Notes under the pieces: model-generated
What the model saw: only the letters and a program-made list of their open reading frames with translations
Told to the model about the DNA's origin: nothing
Databases searched by the model: none
Program-made: the position numbers and the translations under genes
Part shown: piece by piece, positions 49,224 through 60,118 of the stretch
Layout: every line of letters begins with the position of its first letter
Numbering within the stretch: the stretch's first letter is position 1
Source of the DNA: Mustelus asterias
Taxonomy: Eukaryota
Reading direction: 5' to 3'
Length of the DNA stretch: 64,000 bases
Assembly: GCF_964213995.1 (NCBI RefSeq)
Contig: NC_135830.1
Span: 12,834,001-12,898,000 of the forward strand

Positions 49224-50375
49224 AAGGCATTTGACAAAGTCCCACATGGCAGGTTGGTTAAGAAGCTTAAGGCTCATGGGATACAAGGAGAAGGGGCTAG
49301 ATGGGTGGAGAACTGGATTGGCCATAGGAGACAGAGGGTTGTGGTCAAAGGGTCTTTTTCCGGCTGGAGGTCTGTGACCAGTGGTGCTCCGCAGGGCTCT
49401 GTACTGGGGCCTCTGCTATTTGTGATATATATAAATGATTTGGAAGAAGATGTAACTGGTGTAATCAGCAAGTTTGCGGATGACACGAAGATGGCTGGAC
49501 TTGCGGATAGCGAAGAGCATTGTCGGGCAATACAGCAGGATATAGATAGGCTGGAAAATTGGGCGGAGAGGTGGCAGATGGAGTTTAATCCGGATAAATG
49601 CGAAGTGATGCATTTTGGAAGAAATAATGTAGGGAGGAATTATACAATAAATGGCAGAGTCATCAGGAGTATAGAAACACAGAGTGCAAGTCCACAAATC
49701 CTTGAAGATGGCAACACAGGTGGAGAAGGTGGTGAAGAAGGCATATGGTATGCTTGCCTTTATAGGATGGGGTATAGAGTATAAAAGCTGGAGTCTGATG
49801 ATGCAGCTGCATAGTACGCTGGTTAGGCCACATTTGGAGTACTGCGTCCAGTTCTGGTCGCCGCACTACCAGACGGACGTGGAGGCGTTCGAGAGAGTGC
49901 AGAGAAGGTTTACCAGGATGTTGCCTGGTATGGAGGGTCTTAGCTATGAGGAGAGATTGGGTAAACTGGGGTTGTTCTCCCTGGAAAGACGGAGAATGAG
50001 GGGAGATCTAATAGAGGTGTACAAGATTATGAAGGGTATAGATAGGGTGAACAGTGGGAAGCTTTTTCCCAGGTCGGAGGTGACGATCACGAGGGGTCAC
50101 GGGCTCAAGGTGAGAGGGGCGAAGTATAACGTAGATATCAGAGGGACGTTTTTTACACAGAGGGTGGTGGTGGTGGGGGCCTGGAATGCGCTGCCAAGTA
50201 GGGTGGTGGAGGCAGGCACGCTGACATCGTTTAAGACTTACCTGGATAGTCACATGAGCAGCCTGGGAATGGAGGGATACAAACGATTTGTCTAGTTGGG
50301 CCAATGAGCGGCACAGGCTTGGAGGGCCGAAGGGCCTGTTTCCTGTGCTGTACTGTTCTTTGTTCTTTGTTCTTG
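49224..50375 (+). mobile_element. CR1 LINE 3' part, right arm only
   Basis: ORFs 49254..49784 and 49684..50295; empty site at ~11965. Confidence 0.93.
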
Positions 50376-52295
50376 TTCATCACCAATAGGAGATACGCTA
50401 ACAGCCGCCCCTTGACATTCATTAGCGTTCCCATCAGTGAATGCCCCAGTGTCAACATCCTTAGGGTTGTCCTTGATCAGAAATTCAATTATATTTGCCA
50501 CATAAACACAGTGGCTTCAAGAGCAAGTCAGAGCCGAGGAATATTGCAGTGAGTAACTCACCTCCTGCCTCCCCAAAACCTGTCCACCATCTACAAGGCA
50601 CAAGTCAGGGGTGTGATGGAACAGTAGCCACATATCTGGATGGGTGCAGCTCCAAGAACAGTCAAGAAGCTTGATCCCATCCAGGAAAAAACAGCCCACT
50701 TGACTGGCACCACGTCCACAAATATCCACGCCCTCCACCATCGACGCTCACTGGTAGCAGTGTCCACTTTCTACAAGATGCACTGAAGCAATTCACCGAA
50801 CATCCTTATACAGCACCTCCGAACACACGACCACTTCCTCCTAGAAGGACAAGGAAAGAGGATTCATGGGAAACCGTCACCTGCAAGTCCTCCTCCAAGC
50901 CACTCACCATACTGACTTGGAAATGTGTCACTGTTCCTTCGCAGTCGCTGGCTCAAAATCCTGAAATTCCTTCCCTAACGGCATGGATCAACCCACAGAA
51001 CATGGATCGCAGCGTTTCAAGAAGGCAGCTCGCCACCATCTTCTCAAGGTCATCTAGTGATGGGAAATAAATGCTCGCGACACCGATGTCCCACGAATGC
51101 ATAATAAATAACACAGGTTCTCGGGACTGTGTTAGGGCAGGGGGATCCATCAGCGCCAGAAGACACGGGCAATATAAATATCTATTGCAAGCAATGTCAT
51201 TATTCACTGAATTTGAATACCACTCTCCCAATTACCTTTTAGTAAACTTGAATCTCGGATGGGGCAGTTCCGTGTGAAACGGGACAATATCATTGCCTTT
51301 CACTCGTTCGACTTATGACCAAATATCAACCAGCAGCAAAATATCTTCACTTTTTACAATCAAATAACTTCAGGGAAGCATGAAAGGAGCCCCATGCAGT
51401 TAGGAGAGTAGCCAGGTAATAGAATAATTGCAAAATAGGACCGGCTTGTTCCACCCCATTTTGAAGCTGATGTTCAGCAAAATTAAAATTGAAAGTATTG
51501 TGTGGCCACTGGGATCAGTCGTTAATCTTCGATTCCAGATGGAGAGTCACTGTAATAACAAATGAGAGATACTCTCAGGTACACTCTGGTACTCTCAGGT
51601 CTCTGGTTTCAGCTTTTCTAATCAGTTTGGCGACCCACAGTCAGTAAACTTCTGCATGAACGGATGGATACTCCGAGTAATACCGGGCAATCGGACCACT
51701 TCTTCCACTCTGCTTAATGACACATACTTCATGCCACATGTTCCATGTAATACATCTTTTCCGAGTGACATGTTCCAATCTGCTAGCTACCCAATTTAGT
51801 GGAATTCTGCTCTGACAAACACATGTAAGGATACATTGACACTGGTGCCTGTGCTTTTCTTCCGCCAGTGCCCGAGACTAGGTGCGTACTACAGCGATGG
51901 AAAGTTTCATTTAGACATGCTCTCTGGAGCAAATTGTTTAACTTCAGTTATTGACCCAAACTCAGTCAGTATAAACACTGAATTATACTTCCAAATGTTT
52001 TCAGGCTTTCCTCTCTGCTTAATGACCCAGACTTGTTAAACTTCTTTAATTGCAGACACCCCCACTAATATCTTGGATGAGACAGGCAACTGCACTGCTG
52101 TCTGGTTGAACGGCATACCATGTTCCTCTAGAAGCAGAACATTGCTAATTCAGCGAGCCTTGGAGATAGACGGACTGGCATTACATAAAATGGATAATTC
52201 TGGACTTCTGACCGAACTATCTGCTATTAGTAATCGGGCGTCCGTATAAGATATCACTCCAGATTTGGACAGCTACAGTGGTTATTGTTACTTAC

Positions 52296-52362
52296 CAGGA
52301 ATACCAACGACAGCAAGGAACGTGTAGTACCATTTCTTGATCATGGAAAAAGGTTCCATCAT
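52296..52362 (-). CDS. Exon 1 of intact GPR139/GPR142-like GPCR (MMEPFSMIKKWYYTFLAVVGIP)
   Basis: ATG at 52362, 67 nt, phase-1 donor G|GTAAGT. It supplies the N-terminal half of TM1 and joins in frame to exon 2 (GIP-V-NLVS, giving the TM1 GxxxN motif). Confidence 0.8.
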
Positions 52363-52696
52363 TTTCAATGGGGAGAGTTCTGCCGCTCCGTCTTTAAGGC
52401 AGTCTCTCAGAAATAAAATTCGAGGGATCACAACCGCGTATTTTTATGGCCGCTGCGATCTCAGTGGGGATGTGGGTTTTGCAACATTTAACAAACAAAT
52501 TAAGACAGGGAATTAATTCCCTGTTGAAACAGGATACATTTAGTTTTGAGTTTGAAATGAAGAACCCCAAGGACCAGGCAGTTCTGAGCGCATTAATTAA
52601 CAAATGAAAATTCGAAGCTGTAATCATCCAGGAATGAGATATTCTTTCTGCAAACGCTATCAGGTCAACGTCTAGACTTCATGTCCGTTCGTCTTG

Positions 52697-53330
52697 CATA
52701 CCCAGGGACCTGGGTGTGCAAGTCCACAGACCCTTGAAGGTGACGTCACAGGTGGAGAAGGTGGTGAAGCAGGCATATGGCATGCTTGCCTTTATAGGAC
52801 GGGGCATAGAGTATAAAAGTTGGGGTCGCCACACTACCAGAAGGACGTGGAGGCTTTGGAGAGGAAACAGAGGAGGTTTAACAGGATGTTGCCTGGTATG
52901 GAGGGGCTTAGTTATGAGGAGAGATTGGGCAAACTGGGGTTGTTCTCCCTGGAAAGACGGAGGATGAGGGGAGACTTAATAGAGGTGTATAAAATTATGA
53001 CAGGCATAGATATGGTGAACGGTGGGAAGCTTTTCCCCAGGTCGGTGGTGACGTTCACGAGGGGTCATAGGTTCAAGGTGAAGGGGGGAGGTTTAACACA
53101 GATATCAGAAGGACATATTTTACACAGAGGGTGGTGGGGGCCTGGAATGCGCTGCCAGGCAAGGTGGTGGAGGCGGACACACTGGGAACGTTTAAGACTT
53201 ATCTAGATAGCCACATGAACGGAGTGGGAATGGCGGGATACAAAAGAATGGTCTAGTTTGGACCAGGGAGCGGCACGGGCTTGGAGGGCAGAAGGGCCTG
53301 TTTCTGCGCTGTATTGTTCTTTGTTCTTTG
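52697..53330 (+). mobile_element. CR1 3' fragment upstream of GPCR exon 1, right arm only
   Basis: ORFs 52716..52967 and 52820..53206; TTCTTTG tail; empty site at ~8200. Confidence 0.9.
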
Positions 53331-54659
53331 TCAACAGTGACCATTCTGTAACTAACTTTCAACTTCTGAAGGAAATTTCTGTCATGTCTGCTTCCCTTAA
53401 CTGTGAACATCCAGTTTAAACTATCTGAGCGTGAACTCAGTCCCTCAGTGAACACAGTGAATGTTTTCAGATATAATATCCAGTGACCTGCAAGTGTCTT
53501 GACGAGCTTTCTTCTTACCCCGTAGTGCAGTACACTGTCTGGGCTGATTGAATGGCGCAGGATGGTGTTAGAGCTCCGCTGTTCCTACTATTACCATTTT
53601 GCTAAGTTTAAACTGGACGCCTCAGCAAAGGGAAGCGGTTAGTGGGATTGCCGGTGGCTATGTTGCCAACGGCTCTTTCCCTATAATTTCACGTTGACAA
53701 AAGCGATCATTGCGCTTCTGTTGCGATATCTAAAAAATAATAAACTTTTCGGGCAGAAGGCAGAGTTCTTTTTTAAAATATTCATTCATGGCATGTGGGC
53801 GTGCCCATTCCTGAGGGCATTTAAGGGTCAACCACATTGTTATGGCTCTGGAGTTACATCCAGGTCGAGGCAAGGAATGCACATTTGCTTCTCTAAGGAA
53901 CATCAGTGTATCAGAACGGTTTTCACCACAATCAACAACGGTTTCATGATCATCATTAGTCTTTTGATTGCAAGTAATGAATTCAAATTTCACCATCTGC
54001 CGTGTGGTTTGCGAAACCCAATTCTCAGAATATTCTGCTGTGCCTCTGGATTACTAGTCCAGCTGCAATATCACTACGCCACCACCATAAAGTTGCGAGG
54101 GTAACCACAAACAAGTGCAAATAATTATCAAATAAGAACCAGGGCTGTGATCACATCATTGCAGGGAAATAACATACAGCTGATTGTGCACACCTTCTTT
54201 GTTTATCAATGGTTTTCAGTCAATCCCATGCTCCAAGCATTCCCAGGACCCCTGGAAAATAACCCATTCGTTCCTTCACCGTCCCTTCCGGCAAACCCCT
54301 ACTCCCGACTTCAAAACTCCCATTTAAACGCAGAAGATATAACAGCTGCCGTTTAGACCATTAGGCATTAAAATATAGGAGCAGAAGTAGGCCATTCGGC
54401 CCATTGAGCCTGCTCCACCATTCGACCATGACTGATACGTTTCTCTATCCCATTCTCCCGCCCTTTGCTCATAACCTTTGATCCAATTACCAACCAAGAA
54501 CCTATCTATCTCGGTGTTAAATACACTCAATTACCTGTCTTCCACAGCCTCCTGTGGCAATGAGATCCACAGATTCTTCCTTCACTTTTTTCCCTGCACT
54601 TGTTTCCTACACATTTGGAACGTAGCTGTGAGGCCCAATGGGGCGCGATGCTGTCACTT

Positions 54660-54731
54660 GTTTCTGTAATGTAGTGGTTACCAAGTTCGCCTAACGTGTG
54701 AGAGAGCCCCGGTTCAAACCGGGCAACAACA
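54660..54731 (+). pseudogene. tRNA-Val(AAC) pseudogene
   Basis: GTTTCTGTAATGTAGTGGTTACCAAGTTCGCCTAACGTGTGAGAGAGCCCCGGTTCAAACCGGGCAAC; mirror of the 6815 copy. Confidence 0.8.
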
Positions 54732-56987
54732 TTACTTCAGATTTCACAAGTAGTGTGAGGGAAATCTATATGATTTCAGTTTGTTGCTGAACATTTTCCG
54801 CATCTCGATGTAACAGCTGTACTATCTTTGCTCTGACCTCGGCCTCAAAAGCTTTCTATTCAATTGGAAGTGGTGATTTCTTTGACGCACTGACAGGAAA
54901 GAAACGTTTATACTTTGACAACATGCACACATAAATTTTCATTTTATTTGATTTATTATTTTCACATGTATTAGCATACAGTGAAAAGTATTGTTTCCAA
55001 CGCACTATACCGACAAAGCACATCGTTCATAGAGAAGCAAACGAGAGAGTGCAGAACGTAATATCTCGTTCAGTGTGCAACAGAAATTAATGGGGCTATA
55101 GGTACAGACTAACATAGTTAATCACCATCTGAAACATCTCTAAATCTAGTGTGTGCTGAAAAATACTGGCACTGTAAGTGAACAAGAGGAAATGGCACAC
55201 ATTTTCCAGAAGAATCTTTTTTTTAAAAATCGTTCTTCATAACAAACAAATGGGAAAAAACACTCAGACTCAGACTCAGTGCAGATCCACTGGACTTTCC
55301 GATAGGTCGGCGGAAATTAGGCAAGGAATGTTTCACACAGAATAAAAAAAGTTCAAGTATAACGAATGGATAATACGTCTCACAACACCAGGTTAAAGTC
55401 GAACAGGTTTATTTGTAGCACAAGCATCCGGAGCGCTGCTCCTTCATCAATCCAACACCGGCATCTCCACATAATGGATAATACTTAAATCTCTTCCATT
55501 TAAAAAATGTTGACTTTGTTTAAAAGCAGCTATGGTCAATCTCAAATAAGCACCACGGGATCTGTATTACCAGGTGACTCGATTCCTTTTGTTGGTCAGT
55601 TATGTTTACAATTTAGTGATATTCAATTTCAGAGATATTGAATACACAATAAGGACATGTGTTAAATAATGTATTGCATTAAATATTGAACAACGAAACA
55701 AATACTAAGTACAATTGGTTGAGATTATTCGAAGGAAGTTGACAATGATGCGTTACTGACTGAGTAGAAATCATTGCTCCCTTAGACATCTGCCAGGCGA
55801 ACGCTTTTAAATTTTGAATTTCAAGGTAAGTTTAGAAATCAGGTTGCAAGTAACGGTTTTCTTCTTGAATTAAACGAAACGGGTTCTCAGTCTAACCAAT
55901 GGAACCTGCAGCATCACAGCGCAGTTGAACATTACGGGCAAGCCGATTAGTTGATCATCTGTTGGATCATTCTCACTAAGCGTGACCGAAGTCTGCATGA
56001 TTTAAGTTCATTACTCTACATTTGGCGAATCTCGATGTTTATTTAACTCAAATGTTTTTAGGAAAATCAGATCTTACATTAACTCAAATGCTTTCAGCAA
56101 AATCAGAAATGCTATATTTAGGACGCAATGGCAGGAAATAAATGTTTTTTCAGTTTGTACGCATATTTGCAACTCGTTCAGTCCAGAACTGAATTTGGCG
56201 TGTTTACAGATGCAGACTAACATATTTAATCACCATCTGAAACATGTCTGATCGTATTGCGTGCTCGTAAAGATAGACACAAGTGAAACTGTAACTGGAT
56301 TAGAGGAAATGGCGCACATTTCCCAGAAGCACCTTTTTAAAATTGATTTTCATGATAAAGAAACAGGACAAACCACTCAGGCAGATGTGGAAATCGAGAA
56401 TCAGTGCGGACTTGCTGGACTTTCTATAGCTGAACGAGATTTGGGCGCCTGGATGTTTCTCACACGGAATAAAGAGGGATCAAGAATAACGAACAGATCA
56501 TTCTAAATCTCTTCCCAAAGACATTTGATTTCGTTGCAAAGATGATTGTGGTCAATCTCAAATAAGCACCATAGCATGTGTATTATCCAATGGTTCGATC
56601 CGTTTTGTTGGTCAGTCATGTTTGCAATTCAATGTTGTATATTTCAGAGATATTCATTACAAAATGACGACATGTGTTAAAAAATGTATTGATATTAAAT
56701 GCTGAATAATGACAAATACTGGATATAACTGGTTGAACTTATTCGACCAAAGATGAAAATGATGCATTAATGATTGAGCAGAAGTCATTGCTCCCTTCGA
56801 CATTTGCCGTACGAACGTTTTTTTTTAAATTTTGAAGTACAAGGTAAGTTGAGATATCAGGTTGAAAGTAACGGATGTGTTCTTGTAATTAGTGACAAGG
56901 GGTCTCAATCTGACCATTAGAACCTGCATGAACACAATGGAGTTGAACATTGTAGTCAAGCCAATTGGCGGTTTTGCAATGTTAGCT

Positions 56988-57053
56988 GTTTCTGGATTGT
57001 AGCGGTTATCACGTTCGCCTAACAAGTGACAAGTCCGAGACCGGGCAGAAACA
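56988..57053 (+). pseudogene. tRNA-Val(AAC) pseudogene
   Basis: Mirror of the 4440 copy, with the same T-arm deletion. Confidence 0.8.
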
Positions 57054-58050
57054 TTCATTAAGCTTTCTCATGTAGGGTGAGGAAGACCTGGATGATTTCA
57101 GTTCGTCGCTGAGCATTATCCGAATCTCAATGTTACAGCCATAGTTTCTTTGCTCTGACCTCGGCCTCCAATACTTTCTGTAAAATAAGAAAAGCCTAAA
57201 TTTTTGACGCACTCAGGGGAAAAAAAAACGTTTCAGTGTACAACAGAATTTAATGGGTTTATAGATGCAGACTAACATAGTTAATCACCATCTGAAACAT
57301 GTCTAATAGTAGAGTGTGATCAAAAAGGCAGACACAAGTGATATTGTAAGTGAACTAGAGAAAATGGCGCACATTTCCTAGAAGAATTATTTTTAAAATC
57401 GTTTTTCGTAACAAAGAAATTGGAAAAAACACTCAGACAGAAGAGGAAATCGAGACACAGTGCGGATCAACTGGACTTTCCTATTGATGGGCAGATTTCA
57501 TACGTCTGAATGTTTCACACCCATAATTTTTTAAAAATGCTCAAGTATAATTAACAGGTAATTCTTCAACCCCTTCTCTTTAAAAATAGTTGACTTTGTT
57601 TAAAAGCTGACTATGCTCAATCTCAAGTATGCACCATAGGATCTGTATTACCCAGTGACTCGATTTCTTTTGTTGGTCAGTTATGTTTCCAATTCAGTAA
57701 TATTCATTTTCAGAGATATTCAATTCATAATGAGGACATTTGTGTTAAATAATGTATTGATATTAAATATTGAATGACGAAACAAATAATGAGTATAATT
57801 GGTTCAGGTTATTCGAAGGAAGATCAGAATGATGCATTAATGAATCAGCAGAAATCATTGCTCTCTTAGAAATTTGCCAGACGAATGCTTTTACATTTTG
57901 AAGATCAAGATAAGTTGAGAAATGAGGCTGAAAGTGACGGTTTTCTTCTTGAATTAATTGACATGGGCTCTCAGTCGAACCATTGGACCCTGCAGCAACA
58001 GAGCGCAGTTGAACATTGCAGACAGGCCGATTAGCTGCAGAGAGCTTTCA

Positions 58051-58123
58051 GTTTCTGTAGCCTAGTGGTTATTACATTCGCCTCACACACGGTAAGACCC
58101 CGGTTTGAAACCGGGCGGAAGCA
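58051..58123 (+). tRNA. tRNA-Val(CAC), degenerate, probable pseudogene
   Basis: GTTTCTGTAGCCTAGTGGTTATTACATTCGCCTCACACACGGTAAGACCCCGGTTTGAAACCGGGCGGAAGCA followed by ATTTT. Confidence 0.85.
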
Positions 58124-58173
58124 ATTTTGGATCCTTCTCGTTAAGCTTGAGCGAAGTCTGCATGATTTAATAA

Positions 58174-58212
58174 AGCTTTGACAAGGAGTCATCTGGACTC
58201 GAAACGTCAGCT
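58174..58212 (+). ncRNA. Hammerhead-like motif with U3:A8 variant core
   Basis: AGCT-TTGACAA-G-GAGTC-ATCTG-GACTC-GAAA-CGTC-AGCT: stems I and II pair, palindromic ACGT stem III, GUC triplet. Confidence 0.6.
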
Positions 58213-59220
58213 CTTTTCTCTCCTTACAGATGCTGCCAGACCTGCTGAGACTTTCCAGCATTTTCTCTTTTAGTTTCTGCATGATTCAACATTCAGCGAA
58301 CCAACTTAAATGCTTTTAGGAAAATCAGATCTTACATCAACTCAAATGCTTTGAGGACAATCAAAAATGCTGCATTTTAGGACGCTGTGGCAGCAAATAA
58401 ATGTTTGTATGGTTTGCACACATACTCGCAACTCGTTCAGTCCACAACAGAATTTAATGGGTTTATAGCTGCAGGCTAAGATATCTAATCACCATCTGAA
58501 ACATGTCTGATAGGATGGCCTCCTCATGAAGACAAACAGAAGTGAAACTGTAATTGAATTGCAGGTAATTTCTCAGAAGCATCATTTTTAAAATTGTTCT
58601 TCATGATAAACAAATAGGATACAAACACTCAGGCAGATGAGGAAATTGCGGATCAGTGCGGACCTGCTAGACTGCCGATAGATGAACGAGATTTAGACGC
58701 CAGAATGTTTTACATACAGAATGAAGAAGGATCAAGTATAAATAACAGATCATTCATAAATTTCTTCCCTTGGAAGATCTTTGAATTTTTAACAAAATAT
58801 GGTCATTTTCAAATAAGTACCATAGGATGTGTATTACCCAGTGAATCGATTTATTTTGATGGTCAGTTATGTTTGCAATTCAATATTTTATATTTCAGAG
58901 ATATTCAATTCAGAATGAGGACATCTCATTAAATAAATGCATTGATATTAAATGTTGAATAACGAACCAATACTGGATGTAACTGGTTGAAATTATTGGA
59001 CGGAAGATAAGAATGATGCATTAATGATTGAGCAGAAATCATTGCTCCCTTCGACATTTGCCAGCCGATCGTTTTTTTTAATTTTGAAGTACAAGATAAA
59101 TTGAGACGTCAGGTTCAAAGTAACAGATGTGTTTTTGCATTGAGTGACATGGGCCCTCAAACGAACCATGCGGACCGGCAGCAACACAGTGGAGTTGAAC
59201 ATTGTAGGAAGGCCGATTGG

Positions 59221-59570
59221 CGGCGCTATGCTGCACGGTAGCACAGTGGTTAGCACTGCTGCTTCACAGCTCCAGGGACGTGGGTTCGATTTCCGGCTTG
59301 GGTCACTGTCTGTGTGGAGTTTGCACATTCTCCTCGTGTCTGCGTGGGTTTCCTCCGGGTGCTCCGGTTTCCTCCCACAGTCCAAAGGTGTGCGGGTTAG
59401 GTTAATTGGCCATGCTAAAAATAAATTGCCCTTCGTGTCCTGAGATGCGTAGGTTAGAGGGATTAGTGAGTAAATATGTGGAGGTAGGGCCTGGGTGGGA
59501 TTGTGATCGGTGCAGACTCGATGGGCCGAATGGCCTCTTTCTGTACTGTAGGGTTTCTATGATTTCTATG
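59221..59570 (+). mobile_element. HE1 SINE at the 5' end of a tRNA-Val copy
   Basis: GCACGGTAGCACAGTGGTTAGCACTGCTGC head to TTTCTATGATTTCTATG tail. Confidence 0.9.
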
Positions 59571-59572
59571 AC

Positions 59573-59631
59573 TTGGTTATCACATTTACCTAATACGCAG
59601 GCGGTTCCCGGTTCCGAATAAGGAGGGAACA
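59573..59631 (+). pseudogene. 3' part of a tRNA-Val pseudogene whose 5' end is replaced by an HE1 SINE
   Basis: TGGTTATCACATTTACCTAATACGC...CCCGGTTCCGAA..GGGAACA in type-B unit flanks, immediately after the SINE tail. Confidence 0.7.
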
Positions 59632-60045
59632 TTCATTTAGCTTTTTCATGTAGGGTGAGAGGAATCTGTCTGATTTCAGTTTGTTGGCGGACATTATCTG
59701 AATCTCGATGTTGCAACCATATTATCTTTGCTCAGAATCCGGCCTCACATGTTTTCTCCAAAATCAGAAATGCTGAATTTGATGACGCAAAATTGTGTAA
59801 ATTCTCCCAGACATTTTGGATTATGAACAAAACGTATTTGAGATTAACATTTACTTAATGAAATTCTTTGAGTAGAATTTAACTTAAAATAGCCAGTTTC
59901 TGTTGAAAAGCAATTAGCTGACATAAATTTCTCCAGAGAAGCTGACTGAAGTTCGTCAGCATCTGTCTGAAGAGGTCGAAAGTTATTGCAGACGTTTTTT
60001 ATCGAAAGTAACACGCAATTTGTGAACTTATTTTAAGTTTTACAC

Positions 60046-60118
60046 TGAACCAGCCAGGAGTAGAACATGGAACCTACTGATCTATATTGAGAGGCGTTAC
60101 CTATTGCGCTACTGGCCC
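60046..60118 (-). pseudogene. tRNA-Arg(ACG)-derived pseudogene
   Basis: Reverse complement GGGCCAGTAGCGCAATAGGTAACGCCTCTCAATATAGATCAGTAGGTTCCATGTTCTACTCCTGGCTGGTTCA, 73 nt; anticodon arm mutated. Confidence 0.8.

Larger units (their letters stand above)
39310..59001 (-). repeat. Right arm of the inverted segmental duplication
   Basis: Mirrored spurious ORFs (70..297 vs 58705..58932; 4974..5234 vs 56261..56506; 17345..17617 vs 43235..43486), mirrored GPCR gene, plus arm-specific TE insertions. Confidence 0.95.
54650..59790 (+). repeat. Tandem array of tRNA-Val-containing units (right arm)
   Basis: Mirror of the 1-6900 array plus one further unit; tRNA-Val copies at 54660, 56988, 58051 and 59573. 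Confidence 0.9.

Noticed and set aside
1-59001. Inverted repeat as an assembly artefact (haplotype fold-back)
   Set aside because: Arms differ by roughly one base in ten and by many independent TE insertions, too divergent for a duplicated read or allele.
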